A DNA stretch of 64,000 nt. Origin: a bacterium. GTDB lineage: Bacteria; Zhuqueibacterota; Zhuqueibacteria; Residuimicrobiales; Residuimicrobiaceae. Within the stretch, counting starts at the first letter, position 1; each line of letters starts with the position of its first letter. The stretch lies in the NCBI GenBank assembly GCA_036788095.1, contig DAIQOA010000003.1:17-64016 (forward strand), in the 5' to 3' direction. The position numbers were made by a program, and so were the translations under genes. Below are positions 11,121 to 20,888 of this stretch, piece after piece. The notes beneath the pieces were generated by a model that was given only the letters and a program-made list of their open reading frames with translations, was not told the DNA's origin and searched no databases.

Positions 11121-11912
11121 TCATCCACATCGCTTGATCATGATGAGCTTATTCCCTTCCGGGGTATTGCGCTGATAGCTCACCGCGTCCATGGAGCGGC
11201 GGATGATGTGGAGCCCCATGCCGCCGGTCTGTCGCGCCGCGGCAGCGGCCATCACATCAAAGTCATCGTCGGTCGCTTCAAAACCGTCGCCCTGATCGAT
11301 CACCTGAATTTCGATCTGCTGCGGCGCGGCGTAGACCACCACGGTCAGTTTTTTCGTCGGATCCGAATGATAGGCGTGCTCCACCACATTGAGACCGGCC
11401 TCATAGACCGCCAGCTTGATCTTGTTCACCTCATTTTCTGAAAAGCCGAGACGGCGGCCGATCTGGACGACAAAATCGCAGGCTTTGTACACCACATCGG
11501 GACGGCTGGGGATTGACAACGACTCACCCGTTCGTCCGTTGGCGTTCGCGTGGGGCATGACCTCCGCCGGATCTGTTTCCGCTGCTTTGGCCTCTTCTAC
11601 GATGTGCAGATAGCCCAAAGGATCAAACCCGGTCAGATCATCACGTGTGCGACCGAACAGGTTGACCAGCGCAACCTCTCCGCCGCGGCGTCGCGCGCGC
11701 GCGGTCAATTCGAGCAACAGCACCACCAGGCTAGGCGGCAGCTCATCGAGATAGGACAGATCGATGATAAAGGCGCGGATCCGGTTGCGATACTGCTCAT
11801 CGAACGCAGCGAGAATGCCCGGGATCAAGGAGATATCATGCGCCGAACCCAGCGGCGCCAATCGCACCAGATCCGGGCGATCAAAGGTAATTCGAACGAG
11901 GTCGTTTAGCAT
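11121..11912 (-). CDS. fusion protein: STAS (anti-sigma-factor antagonist) domain plus RsbW/SpoIIAB-like serine kinase (HATPase_c) domain
   Basis: N-half aligns to SpoIIAA (DLSyldelPPSLVVLLLEL vs DLSkvsfmDSSGLGVIL, conserved Ser position); C-half has N-box EAGLNVVEHAY, G-boxes DQGDGF and GGMGLHII. Confidence 0.7.
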   Translation of the reverse strand: MLNDLVRITFDRPDLVRLAPLGSAHDISLIPGILAAFDEQYRNRIRAFIIDLSYLDELPPSLVVLLLELTARARRRGGEVALVNLFGRTRDDLTGFDPLGYLHIVEEAKAAETDPAEVMPHANANGRTGESLSIPSRPDVVYKACDFVVQIGRRLGFSENEVNKIKLAVYEAGLNVVEHAYHSDPTKKLTVVVYAAPQQIEIQVIDQGDGFEATDDDFDVMAAAAARQTGGMGLHIIRRSMDAVSYQRNTPEGNKLIMIKRCG

Positions 11913-13666
11913 GGCGTATTTTGAGCGTCAGTCAATCTATATTTGAGAACCTTGCCGAGGATCGTCTTGGGCAGTTCCTGCTGAAAAACGATTTTTTTCG
12001 GCAGTTTGTATTTGGCCAGTTTGCCGGTGCAAAAAGCGAGGAGATCGCCTTCGCTGAGCGTTTGCCGGGGCTTGAGCGCCACAATCGCCGTGACCACAGC
12101 GCCGTAATGGGCGTCCGACCTACCCACCACCGCCGCCTCAGCCACCGCCGGGTGTTCGAGCAGAACGGCCTCCACCTCGCTGGGATAGATGTTGTATCCG
12201 CCGGAAAAAATGATCTCCTTTTTACGGTCGATGACATAGAAAAAGCCGTCTTCGTCCTCATAGCCGATGTCGCCGGTCAACAACCATCCATCGGACAATC
12301 GCACGGCCGCGGTCTCTTCCTTCTCCTGCCAATAGCTATCCATGACCTGTGGTCCGCGCACCTGGATCTCCCCGATCTGACCCACACTCAGGGGCTGCTG
12401 GGTGACCAGGTCGCAGATGCGGGCCTCGGTGTTGGGCAGCGGCAGACCAATGCTGCCGAATTTGCGCTTGCCGTGCACAGGGTTGCAGTGGGTGATGGGC
12501 GACGCCTCGGTGAGTCCATAGCCCTCCACCAGATGTCCCTTGGTCAGTTTCTCGAATTCCTCTTGCAGCGAAACCGGCAGCGCCGCGCCGCCGCTGATGC
12601 AGGCGCGCACCGAGGAGAGATCGACCGGCCGGCGGCGGGCATAATGGACGACAGAGCTGTACATGGTCGGCACGCCGGGGAACAGCGTCACCCGGTATTT
12701 TTTGATGTCGCGCACCACCCGCTTCAACTCGAAGCGCGGCTGCAAAACCAACTTGGCCTGCGATTGCACCGCCAGATGATGGCAGGCGGTCATGCCGTAG
12801 CTGTGGCTCAGGGGCAGCACGCCCAGCAGAGTCTCGTTGCGGTCCTGCACGTCGCCGATCCATGCGCGCGCCTGCAGCGTATTGGCCACTGCATTGCGAT
12901 GGCTGATCATAGCCGCCTTGGCGATGCCGGTGACGCCACCGGTGAACAGCAGCAAGGCCGGCAAAGCGGTTCGAATGGGCGCCAGCACCGTCGACGGCCG
13001 GCAGGCCAGCAACTGGCGAAAGAAAATCGTATCCGGGGTGCGGTTGATCTTGTTCAGAGTCTGCCGCATCTGCTTCTGCACCTGCATCGCCCAGTTCAGC
13101 AAGGGAGGCATATAGGTCTCCAGACAAGCAACCACCACATGGGTCAGCTTGGTCTGTTGGCGGATTTTGCTCACTCTGCCGTAGAGGCGATCCAGCACGA
13201 TCAGCACCCGGGCACGGCTCAATTCCAGCTGATGGAGCAATTCTCTTTCGCTGTTAAGGGGATTGATGGGCACCACCACGGCGCCGGCATAGAGCGTCGC
13301 CCAGTAGCTGATTATATACTGCGGAATGTTGGGCATGCACAGCGCCACCCGATCGCCGGGCTGGACGCCGAGTGTCTGCAATCCGGCGGCGAATCGCTGC
13401 GACAGATCGTGAAGCCTTCGATAGGAGAACTTGCGGTTATAATAAACCATGGCGATCTTGCGCGCAGCCTCCCGACTGGCCGCATCGAGAAAATGAGTGA
13501 GCGGCACATCCGGCAGCTCAATCCGGAAGGGCACAGCGGCATCATAATGCTTGAACCAGCGCTCGTCCCGCGCCGCCGACGCATGGCGGAAAAATTTGTC
13601 GCGGACCGCAGCCAGACTCAAGCGAGCGGCACGGGTGTAGATCGACAAGTCCTTAACGATTCCCAT
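11906..13666 (-). CDS. AMP-dependent synthetase/ligase (acyl-CoA synthetase family)
   Basis: 586 aa; adenylation motifs (FTGGVTGIAKAAMISHRN, GYGLTE, TGDIGYEDEDGFFYVIDRKKEII...GYNIYPSEVE); overlaps the downstream gene by 7 nt. Confidence 0.8.
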   Translation of the reverse strand: MGIVKDLSIYTRAARLSLAAVRDKFFRHASAARDERWFKHYDAAVPFRIELPDVPLTHFLDAASREAARKIAMVYYNRKFSYRRLHDLSQRFAAGLQTLGVQPGDRVALCMPNIPQYIISYWATLYAGAVVVPINPLNSERELLHQLELSRARVLIVLDRLYGRVSKIRQQTKLTHVVVACLETYMPPLLNWAMQVQKQMRQTLNKINRTPDTIFFRQLLACRPSTVLAPIRTALPALLLFTGGVTGIAKAAMISHRNAVANTLQARAWIGDVQDRNETLLGVLPLSHSYGMTACHHLAVQSQAKLVLQPRFELKRVVRDIKKYRVTLFPGVPTMYSSVVHYARRRPVDLSSVRACISGGAALPVSLQEEFEKLTKGHLVEGYGLTEASPITHCNPVHGKRKFGSIGLPLPNTEARICDLVTQQPLSVGQIGEIQVRGPQVMDSYWQEKEETAAVRLSDGWLLTGDIGYEDEDGFFYVIDRKKEIIFSGGYNIYPSEVEAVLLEHPAVAEAAVVGRSDAHYGAVVTAIVALKPRQTLSEGDLLAFCTGKLAKYKLPKKIVFQQELPKTILGKVLKYRLTDAQNTPC

Positions 13667-13739
13667 TTCATCCCATCTGTTGAATGGACCTTCTGCCGGT
13701 CATCCCAGCGATGAGCCGGCAAAGGAAATCCAGTGGCCT

Positions 13740-15284
13740 CTAGGCGCCGGCAAAAGCTCCCGCCGGCTGCCGTTCTTCTCCAGCGGTGGTGACAAAGATG
13801 GCCGCCTGGCCGACGACCGGACACTTGTTCTCGCAGATCCCGCAGCCGATGCAGAGGTCTTCGCGCACATAGGGGAATTTCACCGTTCGCATTTCCCCTT
13901 CCGGCGTGCGCACCTCCCGTTCATCAAAGCGGATCGCTTTTTCCGGCAAAGGACAATGCTCTTCACAGACCAGACAATCCTCCAGACGATACCAGGGGAT
14001 GCAGCGGCTCTTGTCAAAATAGGCGGTGCCCATTTTGCTCTGCTGTTTCGCGGCCAGGTCCAGCTTGCTGATGGCGCCGGTCGGGCAGATCTCGCCGCAC
14101 AGCGTGCAGTTGTATTCGCAATAGCCGGTTCTCATCACCGCCCGGGGACTCCAGACGCCCTCCCAGCCGCCCTGAGTGAGAGCAGGCTGCAGACAGGCGC
14201 CGGTGGAGGAACAGATGCGCACGCACGCCTGACAGCGAATGCAGCGATCGAGAAAAGTCTTCTCCGGCAGCGCACCCGGCGGCCGAATCATCCGGCCGGT
14301 TTCATCGCGGTTGCCGGCGCCGACGCGCGTCGCCGCCAGCCCCACGATGCCCGTGGCAGTGGCCTGAATGAACCGTCTGCGCGACAGGTCGATGCGGCCT
14401 CGGCGTTTGCGCCAGCCGAACCGGTAAGAGATGGCCTTCGGTTTGCAAACGGTCGCACACTCGGCGCATTGAATGCACTCCGCCGCGTTGGTGATGGTGT
14501 AATCATCCTCAATCGCGTTCATGCGGCAGCGGCGCTGACAGAGGCTGCACGAGGTGCAGTCCTGATTGACGCTGCGGCCAAACACGCGAAAGCGGGAAAA
14601 AAGCCCGAGCAGGGCGCCCAGCGGACAAAGGTTGCGGCACCAGAAGCGGCGCGAAACCAGACCCAGCGCCAGCACGCCGACGAATAAAAGCAGAACAGGA
14701 ATGCTCTGTTCAAACGAGGCGGACTGAACCGGCAACAACCATTTTTGCGTCCAGGCGTAGAGCGTGTACCATTGCTCCTCCGCGATGCCGCCGGCAAAGC
14801 CGAACTGAAACAGACCCTGGGCCATCAGCGCCATGGCAGGGTAGAGACTGACCGTGAGTACGCGGAAGAGCATGACCAGTGGATCGAAAAACCAGGCCGC
14901 CTGCCAGGAAAAGAGCGCCGCACAGAGTACAGCGATCAGGATGAAAAATTTCCATGAACGAAACCGGATACTCTCGCGGCCGGCGGCGGCTTTGCCGCGG
15001 CGGAGACAGCGGTCGCTGCCATCGATCACGGTGCCCAGCGGGCAGATCCAGCCGCAGAAAAAACGCCCCAGCGGAATGGTGAGCAGCAGCAGAATCACCG
15101 CCGGCAGCATGGAGGCGATCCAGGTCCGTGCGGACAACACCGTGGTCAGCGCAGCCAGCGGACTGGTGCGCAAAAAGATATCAGAGGGCCAGCCGCTCTC
15201 ATAGGGAAACCGCGCGTGCAGAAACAGGCCGAGAAATAAAAGAAGGAAAAAAATCTGCGAAAGTTTGCGAATGCGGTTTGCCAT
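13740..15284 (-). CDS. NapH/MauN-family membrane polyferredoxin
   Basis: Two FCGW(I/L)CPLG motifs, TM helices, six CxxCxxCxxxC(P) clusters; start moved to MANRIRK (ATG 1 nt after the DUF362 stop, implying translational coupling). Confidence 0.7.
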   Translation of the reverse strand: MANRIRKLSQIFFLLLFLGLFLHARFPYESGWPSDIFLRTSPLAALTTVLSARTWIASMLPAVILLLLTIPLGRFFCGWICPLGTVIDGSDRCLRRGKAAAGRESIRFRSWKFFILIAVLCAALFSWQAAWFFDPLVMLFRVLTVSLYPAMALMAQGLFQFGFAGGIAEEQWYTLYAWTQKWLLPVQSASFEQSIPVLLLFVGVLALGLVSRRFWCRNLCPLGALLGLFSRFRVFGRSVNQDCTSCSLCQRRCRMNAIEDDYTITNAAECIQCAECATVCKPKAISYRFGWRKRRGRIDLSRRRFIQATATGIVGLAATRVGAGNRDETGRMIRPPGALPEKTFLDRCIRCQACVRICSSTGACLQPALTQGGWEGVWSPRAVMRTGYCEYNCTLCGEICPTGAISKLDLAAKQQSKMGTAYFDKSRCIPWYRLEDCLVCEEHCPLPEKAIRFDEREVRTPEGEMRTVKFPYVREDLCIGCGICENKCPVVGQAAIFVTTAGEERQPAGAFAGA

Positions 15285-15285
15285 C

Positions 15286-16164
15286 TCAGCCGTTGATCTC
15301 CTCGATGGAGACACGGCTCAAATCCAGTTGCCCCAGGCCGCGTTCCGAAGCCAGTCTCAGATACTCCACCTGCTCCGGTTTCACGCCGAACAGCGTCATG
15401 CCATAGGCGTCCACCGCCACCCGGTCGACGCCGGCGATGACGGTCTTTTTCTCCGCCACATCCGCCAGGCTGCCGCCGGTGGGTCCGTTGCGCAACATAA
15501 CCCGGTAGGCGTCGATGATGGTCAACGTGGGTTTGACCGCGGAATTGATGTCGACGATTTTGGTCATAAATTTGTTATGAATAGAGCCGCGGTCGCCGCC
15601 CATCACGCCCATGAGATTCTTGAATCCCAGGGTGTATTGCGAGATCGAATGGTGTTTGGCAACAGGCATGTTGATAAAGACATCGGCCTCCAGCACATCG
15701 AGATAAAGGGGCCAGGATTTCAGCAGCACGCCCTGAGGGATCGCGACCTCTTTAAACCGGCTGTCGATGATGTGACGAACCTGTGCACCGGCCGCGGCAG
15801 CGGCCTTTTCGATGCCGCTGCGGCTGTAGCAGCGCTGCGCTTGATTGCAGGTGCGGTCGACAACCCGCACACGGCTGGCGCCCGCTTCAAAGCAGATTCT
15901 GACGACCTCAGCCACCGCCTCCGGGTTGGTGTTGGCCGCCTGTTCGGGCGAGCGGTCCCAACCGATGTTCGGTTTGATCAGAACGGTCTGGCCCTTTTTG
16001 ACAAACTGAGACATGCCGCCCAGTGCTTGCACCGCTTTGCGAACCAGCTCAGCGGGCGCGGCGTTACGGACGACCACCAGCTTGGAGGGGGAAGCAGCGG
16101 TCCAAGCGGCGGCGGGCAGAACCAGGCCGGCGGTCAGGGTTTTACAGAATTCGCGTCGATCCAT
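15286..16164 (-). CDS. DUF362-domain protein with twin-arginine (Tat) signal peptide
   Basis: MDRREFCKTLTAGLVLPAAAWTA Tat motif; remainder matches DUF362 (COG2006) pattern; start chosen at the Tat-motif Met. Confidence 0.65.
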   Translation of the reverse strand: MDRREFCKTLTAGLVLPAAAWTAASPSKLVVVRNAAPAELVRKAVQALGGMSQFVKKGQTVLIKPNIGWDRSPEQAANTNPEAVAEVVRICFEAGASRVRVVDRTCNQAQRCYSRSGIEKAAAAAGAQVRHIIDSRFKEVAIPQGVLLKSWPLYLDVLEADVFINMPVAKHHSISQYTLGFKNLMGVMGGDRGSIHNKFMTKIVDINSAVKPTLTIIDAYRVMLRNGPTGGSLADVAEKKTVIAGVDRVAVDAYGMTLFGVKPEQVEYLRLASERGLGQLDLSRVSIEEING

Positions 16165-16357
16165 CAGCGGGCTTCCTTCCATATATGTTTCGGCTGCTGT
16201 CAGAGTGCTGCGGCGGGAGGCGGCCTTGTTGAATGCGTGCCGGATCAGGCTCAGGCCAGCCGGATTCCGGTCTGAAGGAGAGGAAAAGACCTCTGTGCTC
16301 CCTGCTGGGCAGCGTGATAAAACAAAGCCCACCATAATCGGTGGGCTGTAAAGAACG

Positions 16358-16443
16358 GGTGCCGAAGCCGGGATTTGAACCCGGACGCCCGGTGGGCACT
16401 ACCCCCTCAAGATAGCGTGTCTACCAAATTCCACCACTTCGGC
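16358..16443 (-). tRNA. tRNA-Leu (anticodon GAG)
   Basis: Minus-sense GCCGAAGTGGTGGAATTTGGTAGACACGCTATCTTGAGGGGGTAGTGCCCACCGGGCGTCCGGGTTCAAATCCCGGCTTCGGCACC: 7-bp acceptor stem, anticodon loop CT-GAG-GG, long variable arm, GGTTCAAATCC T-loop. Coordinates +/-2 nt. Confidence 0.8.
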
Positions 16444-16455
16444 ATCAAAACGGTT

Positions 16456-16800
16456 TTACTTTCCAGCAGGCGCCGGCGTGGTCGGTGCCGGAACCTGGGG
16501 CAACGTGCGCGCCGGAGAGCTGGATCTTCGTTCTCGTTCCTGCTCCACCAGGCTGGACTGAGAGACGCTGCCGCGGGTCATAAAGCCCAACAACAGGGCA
16601 AGGACCATGAACGTAGCGGTCAGGATCGCGGTCATCTTGGACAAAAAGGTGGCGCTGCCGCGGCCGCCGAGTACAGAGTTCATGGAATCGATGCCGCCAA
16701 AGGTGCCGGCCAGGCCGCCGCCCTTGCTGGATTGAATGAGAATGACAAACGTCAATAGAATGCAGACGATGAAAAACAAAACGATCAGTACCGTGTACAT
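16456..16800 (-). CDS. secG: preprotein translocase subunit SecG
   Basis: Two TM helices flanking GGGLAGTFGG glycine-rich loop, Ala/Pro-rich tail; conserved secG-tRNA-Leu neighbourhood. Confidence 0.8.
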   Translation of the reverse strand: MYTVLIVLFFIVCILLTFVILIQSSKGGGLAGTFGGIDSMNSVLGGRGSATFLSKMTAILTATFMVLALLLGFMTRGSVSQSSLVEQERERRSSSPARTLPQVPAPTTPAPAGK

Positions 16801-16817
16801 GCACACTCCAAAATAGG

Positions 16818-17567
16818 TTATGCGGTTACAATCTGCAAAAAGGATTTGGCGTCCAGACTGGCGCCGCCGATCAGGCCACCGTCGATATCCGGCTGCGCCA
16901 GCAGCTGCGCGGCGTTATCCGGCTTCATACTGCCGCCGTACTGGATGCGCACCGTTTGCGCCACAGATTCGCTGTAGAGCTGGGCCAGCAGAGCGCGGAT
17001 AAAATGATGCACCTCTTGGGCCTGCTCGCTGGTGGCGGTCACGCCGGTGCCGATCGCCCATACCGGTTCGTAGGCGACCACCAGGATTTGCGCCTGTTCG
17101 GCGCTGAGGTCCGCAAAGCAACCACGCACTTGATCGCCGACCACGGACTCGGTAGTCCCGGCTTTGCGCTGATCCAGCGTCTCGCCGACGCAAACGATGG
17201 GATTCAACCCCACTGCCAGCGCGCGTTTGATCTTTTTGTTCACCGTAGCGTCGGTCTCGCCGAAATACTGCCGTCGTTCAGAATGGCCGAGAATAACGTA
17301 TTGACATCCGGCGGATTTCAGCATATCCGCGCTGATTTCGCCGGTGAAGGCGCCTTTTTCCTCCCAGTGCATATTTTGTGCGCCCAACTGCACCGCCGAT
17401 CCCTTGATCGCCCCGGCCACTGCGGTCAAGTTCACAAAAGGCGGACAGACGACAATCTCGCTCCCTCCGTCCTTGGGCGCGGCAGCGGCAATAGCAGCCG
17501 CCAGTTCCGTCGCCTCCGGAACGGTCTTGTACATTTTCCAATTACCCGCTACGATCCGTTTTCGCAT
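16818..17567 (-). CDS. tpiA: triosephosphate isomerase
   Basis: 249 aa; AGNWKM, ILGHSERR, AYEPVWAIGTG, GGSMKP motifs. Confidence 0.95.
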   Translation of the reverse strand: MRKRIVAGNWKMYKTVPEATELAAAIAAAAPKDGGSEIVVCPPFVNLTAVAGAIKGSAVQLGAQNMHWEEKGAFTGEISADMLKSAGCQYVILGHSERRQYFGETDATVNKKIKRALAVGLNPIVCVGETLDQRKAGTTESVVGDQVRGCFADLSAEQAQILVVAYEPVWAIGTGVTATSEQAQEVHHFIRALLAQLYSESVAQTVRIQYGGSMKPDNAAQLLAQPDIDGGLIGGASLDAKSFLQIVTA

Positions 17568-17627
17568 AGTGTTCCTGACTGATGATCATGCGGCGCACTC
17601 CGTGCGCCGCATGCACTGTTCAAAGAG

Positions 17628-18665
<1,038 letters not shown>

Positions 18666-18691
18666 TTAAACCAGGGATTGCCCAAAACTAA

Positions 18692-18723
18692 GCTCAAACC
18701 ATGTCCGGTAACATGGTTTGAGC
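18692..18723 (-). terminator. hairpin between comF and gap (putative comF terminator)
   Basis: CTCAAACCATG/CATGGTTTGAG stem; minus-sense downstream CUUAGUUUUGG. Confidence 0.35.
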
Positions 18724-18781
18724 TATTAAATTAAAAAAAATTACCCGCAATGTCAAGTAGTATTCTTAACCGAGAAATCAT

Positions 18782-19540
18782 TTACACGCGAACCAGGGTC
18801 AGACAGTATACCTGGCGGCACCCCTGAGCTTTCAGGGTTTTAGCGCATTCGTTCAGGGTGTGGCCGGTGGTGAACAGGTCATCCACCAGCACCACCACGC
18901 CGCCGGCCGCATCCTCCGGTCTGGGGACGACAAAGGCGCCGGCAAGATTGCGCGAGCGCTCCGCCTTGGCGAGTTTGGCCTGCGGCCGCGTGTAACGGAT
19001 GCGCTGCAGCAGCGTTGCATGCATGGGCAGCCCGGCGGTTGTCGCGGCGTACTGCGCCAGCCGCTCTGACTGGTTATACCCTCGCTCGGCCAGGCGCCGC
19101 CGGTGCAGCGGCACAGGCGCCAGGATCGCGGCCTCCGGCAGCGCCGCGTCGCGCAGGGCCAGTCCGAGCTCCCGACCCAGCGGCTGTGCCAGACTTTCAT
19201 AGCCCTTGTATTTCATCAGATGGATCAGCTTTTGAATCGACTCATGGAAGGGAAACACTGCGATCGAGGCCTCGAACCAGGCCGGCCCGCTGAGCTGATG
19301 CGTCAACTTTTCAGCCGCCAACACCGGCTCCTCCAAACGCGGCAGGGTCTCCAGGCAGGTGCGACAGACCAGAACCTCCGCATCCAAATCGTTGTTGCAG
19401 AGCACGCACCAGGGCGGATAAACAAAATCCAGCAGCGGCTCCGTCAGGGACGACCAAGCGGCGATCCATGATCGTTTTTCAACCGTTGATCGCAACCGGC
19501 GACGGATTCCTCCCGCTCGGCCGGACTCGGATTGCAGCAT
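18782..19540 (-). CDS. comF: ComF-family protein (phosphoribosyltransferase domain with N-terminal Cys4 motif)
   Basis: CVLCNNDLDAEVLVCRTC zinc-finger-like N-terminus; C-terminal PRTase fold VVLVDDLFTTGHT. Confidence 0.7.
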   Translation of the reverse strand: MLQSESGRAGGIRRRLRSTVEKRSWIAAWSSLTEPLLDFVYPPWCVLCNNDLDAEVLVCRTCLETLPRLEEPVLAAEKLTHQLSGPAWFEASIAVFPFHESIQKLIHLMKYKGYESLAQPLGRELGLALRDAALPEAAILAPVPLHRRRLAERGYNQSERLAQYAATTAGLPMHATLLQRIRYTRPQAKLAKAERSRNLAGAFVVPRPEDAAGGVVVLVDDLFTTGHTLNECAKTLKAQGCRQVYCLTLVRV

Positions 19541-19558
19541 GGGGATCAGGCCTCAGGC

Positions 19559-20875
19559 CTACTTGAAGCGGTAGACAAAAGCGAGTTTGGGCTCGATGCG
19601 CTCCTGGGATTCGTACATTTTGCTTCCCGGTTCGGTTTCGACAAACGACCAGATGTAATCCACATAGAGGATGAGGTAGGGTTTGAGCTTGTATCCCAGG
19701 CCCAACCGTGCTACGCTGCGGTCGTCCAGAGTGAACACATCCTCCGCCTGGACAATGCCGAGTTTGTCGTAGCTGGCGTGCGCGGCAATGGTCGGCAAGG
19801 CCTCGCTGGCGTCCGCAGCCAGATGCAGCTGGCCGCTCTTCTCGGCATCCAATTTGGACACAGTGCCCAAAAGCCTTACTCGGTTGCCCAGCACATTGCC
19901 GTACAACTCGCCGAACGTCCCCCGGCTCTCCTTCAGGCCGATCAGCATGTCCGTCTTGTAGAATTTTTTGTCGTGTGAAATCTGCAGTTTCTGGATTTCA
20001 TAAAAAGGATCAAAAAACGACGGGATAAACTCCTCGCCCAGCCAGCGGCGTTCCAGTCGCGCCTGCACCTCCATGAGACCGAGGAGATTGGCAAAGCCGA
20101 CGGACACGCCCACCGCAGTGCCGGCGCCGAAATCACGGCTGAAATTCTCGCGCGAGCTGTAGCCGTGAATAAGGGCATAATCCGCGTACAACAACGTGTT
20201 GAACACCCGGGTTTTAATCAACGGCAATTCCACATCCACGCCATACACGGACACGCCGTCGTTGCTGTCCACCCAGGTGTCGGGATCCAGATCCCGGGCA
20301 AAGCTGGCGCCAACGGCAAAATTTTTCAGGATCGGGACATCGAGAATGTACAGCGGCCGGTAATAGCCGCGGAGTCCGAATAATTCCGAGCGCCCCATGT
20401 TGCTGGCCATGCTTTCAAAACCAAAATGGCCGAGATCCAGATCGAACTCCATGCCGATTTTGCGATCATCGTAATTGATCTCGTTGGTAAAATAGTTGAC
20501 GATAAAGCCATGGCCGATGCGCGCGGCGTCCAACGTGCCGATCCGTGTGTAAAAGCGGTCCGATTTGCGGCCATAGCGAAAATATCGCAACAAACGGATA
20601 TAGTCGTACCCCGAATCCCAGTCCTTGGCGCGCAGGGAACCGCTCTCCGCATCGTACAACAGATTGATGTTCAATCCGAATCCCAATGGCCCAAAGGACA
20701 GTTCCGGACGCAGACAGAAAGAAAAATAGGATTGGTCGTCGATGGTGGTGACGCCGATTCCGCCGAACAGCCGGTTCTCGTTGCCGGTCCAGTAACCGAA
20801 CCCGGTGTCCGGGAATTGAGCTACTCCAGAGCCCGCCAGACAAAACAGGCTCAGCAGAATCAGCGCCTTTTTCAT
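19559..20875 (-). CDS. hypothetical secreted protein (signal peptide; possible outer-membrane protein)
   Basis: Start placed at MKKALILLSLFCLAGSGVAQ (RBS AAAGGAAAC). The upstream extension in the ORF table is Arg-rich junk overlapping the neighbouring gene. Confidence 0.5.
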   Translation of the reverse strand: MKKALILLSLFCLAGSGVAQFPDTGFGYWTGNENRLFGGIGVTTIDDQSYFSFCLRPELSFGPLGFGLNINLLYDAESGSLRAKDWDSGYDYIRLLRYFRYGRKSDRFYTRIGTLDAARIGHGFIVNYFTNEINYDDRKIGMEFDLDLGHFGFESMASNMGRSELFGLRGYYRPLYILDVPILKNFAVGASFARDLDPDTWVDSNDGVSVYGVDVELPLIKTRVFNTLLYADYALIHGYSSRENFSRDFGAGTAVGVSVGFANLLGLMEVQARLERRWLGEEFIPSFFDPFYEIQKLQISHDKKFYKTDMLIGLKESRGTFGELYGNVLGNRVRLLGTVSKLDAEKSGQLHLAADASEALPTIAAHASYDKLGIVQAEDVFTLDDRSVARLGLGYKLKPYLILYVDYIWSFVETEPGSKMYESQERIEPKLAFVYRFK

Positions 20876-20888
20876 CTTCTGTTTCCTT

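Noticed and set aside
16445-16804. Alternative 119-aa minus-strand frame overlapping secG
   Set aside because: The SecG frame gives the canonical two-TM plus Gly-rich loop protein; the alternative frame has no recognisable features.
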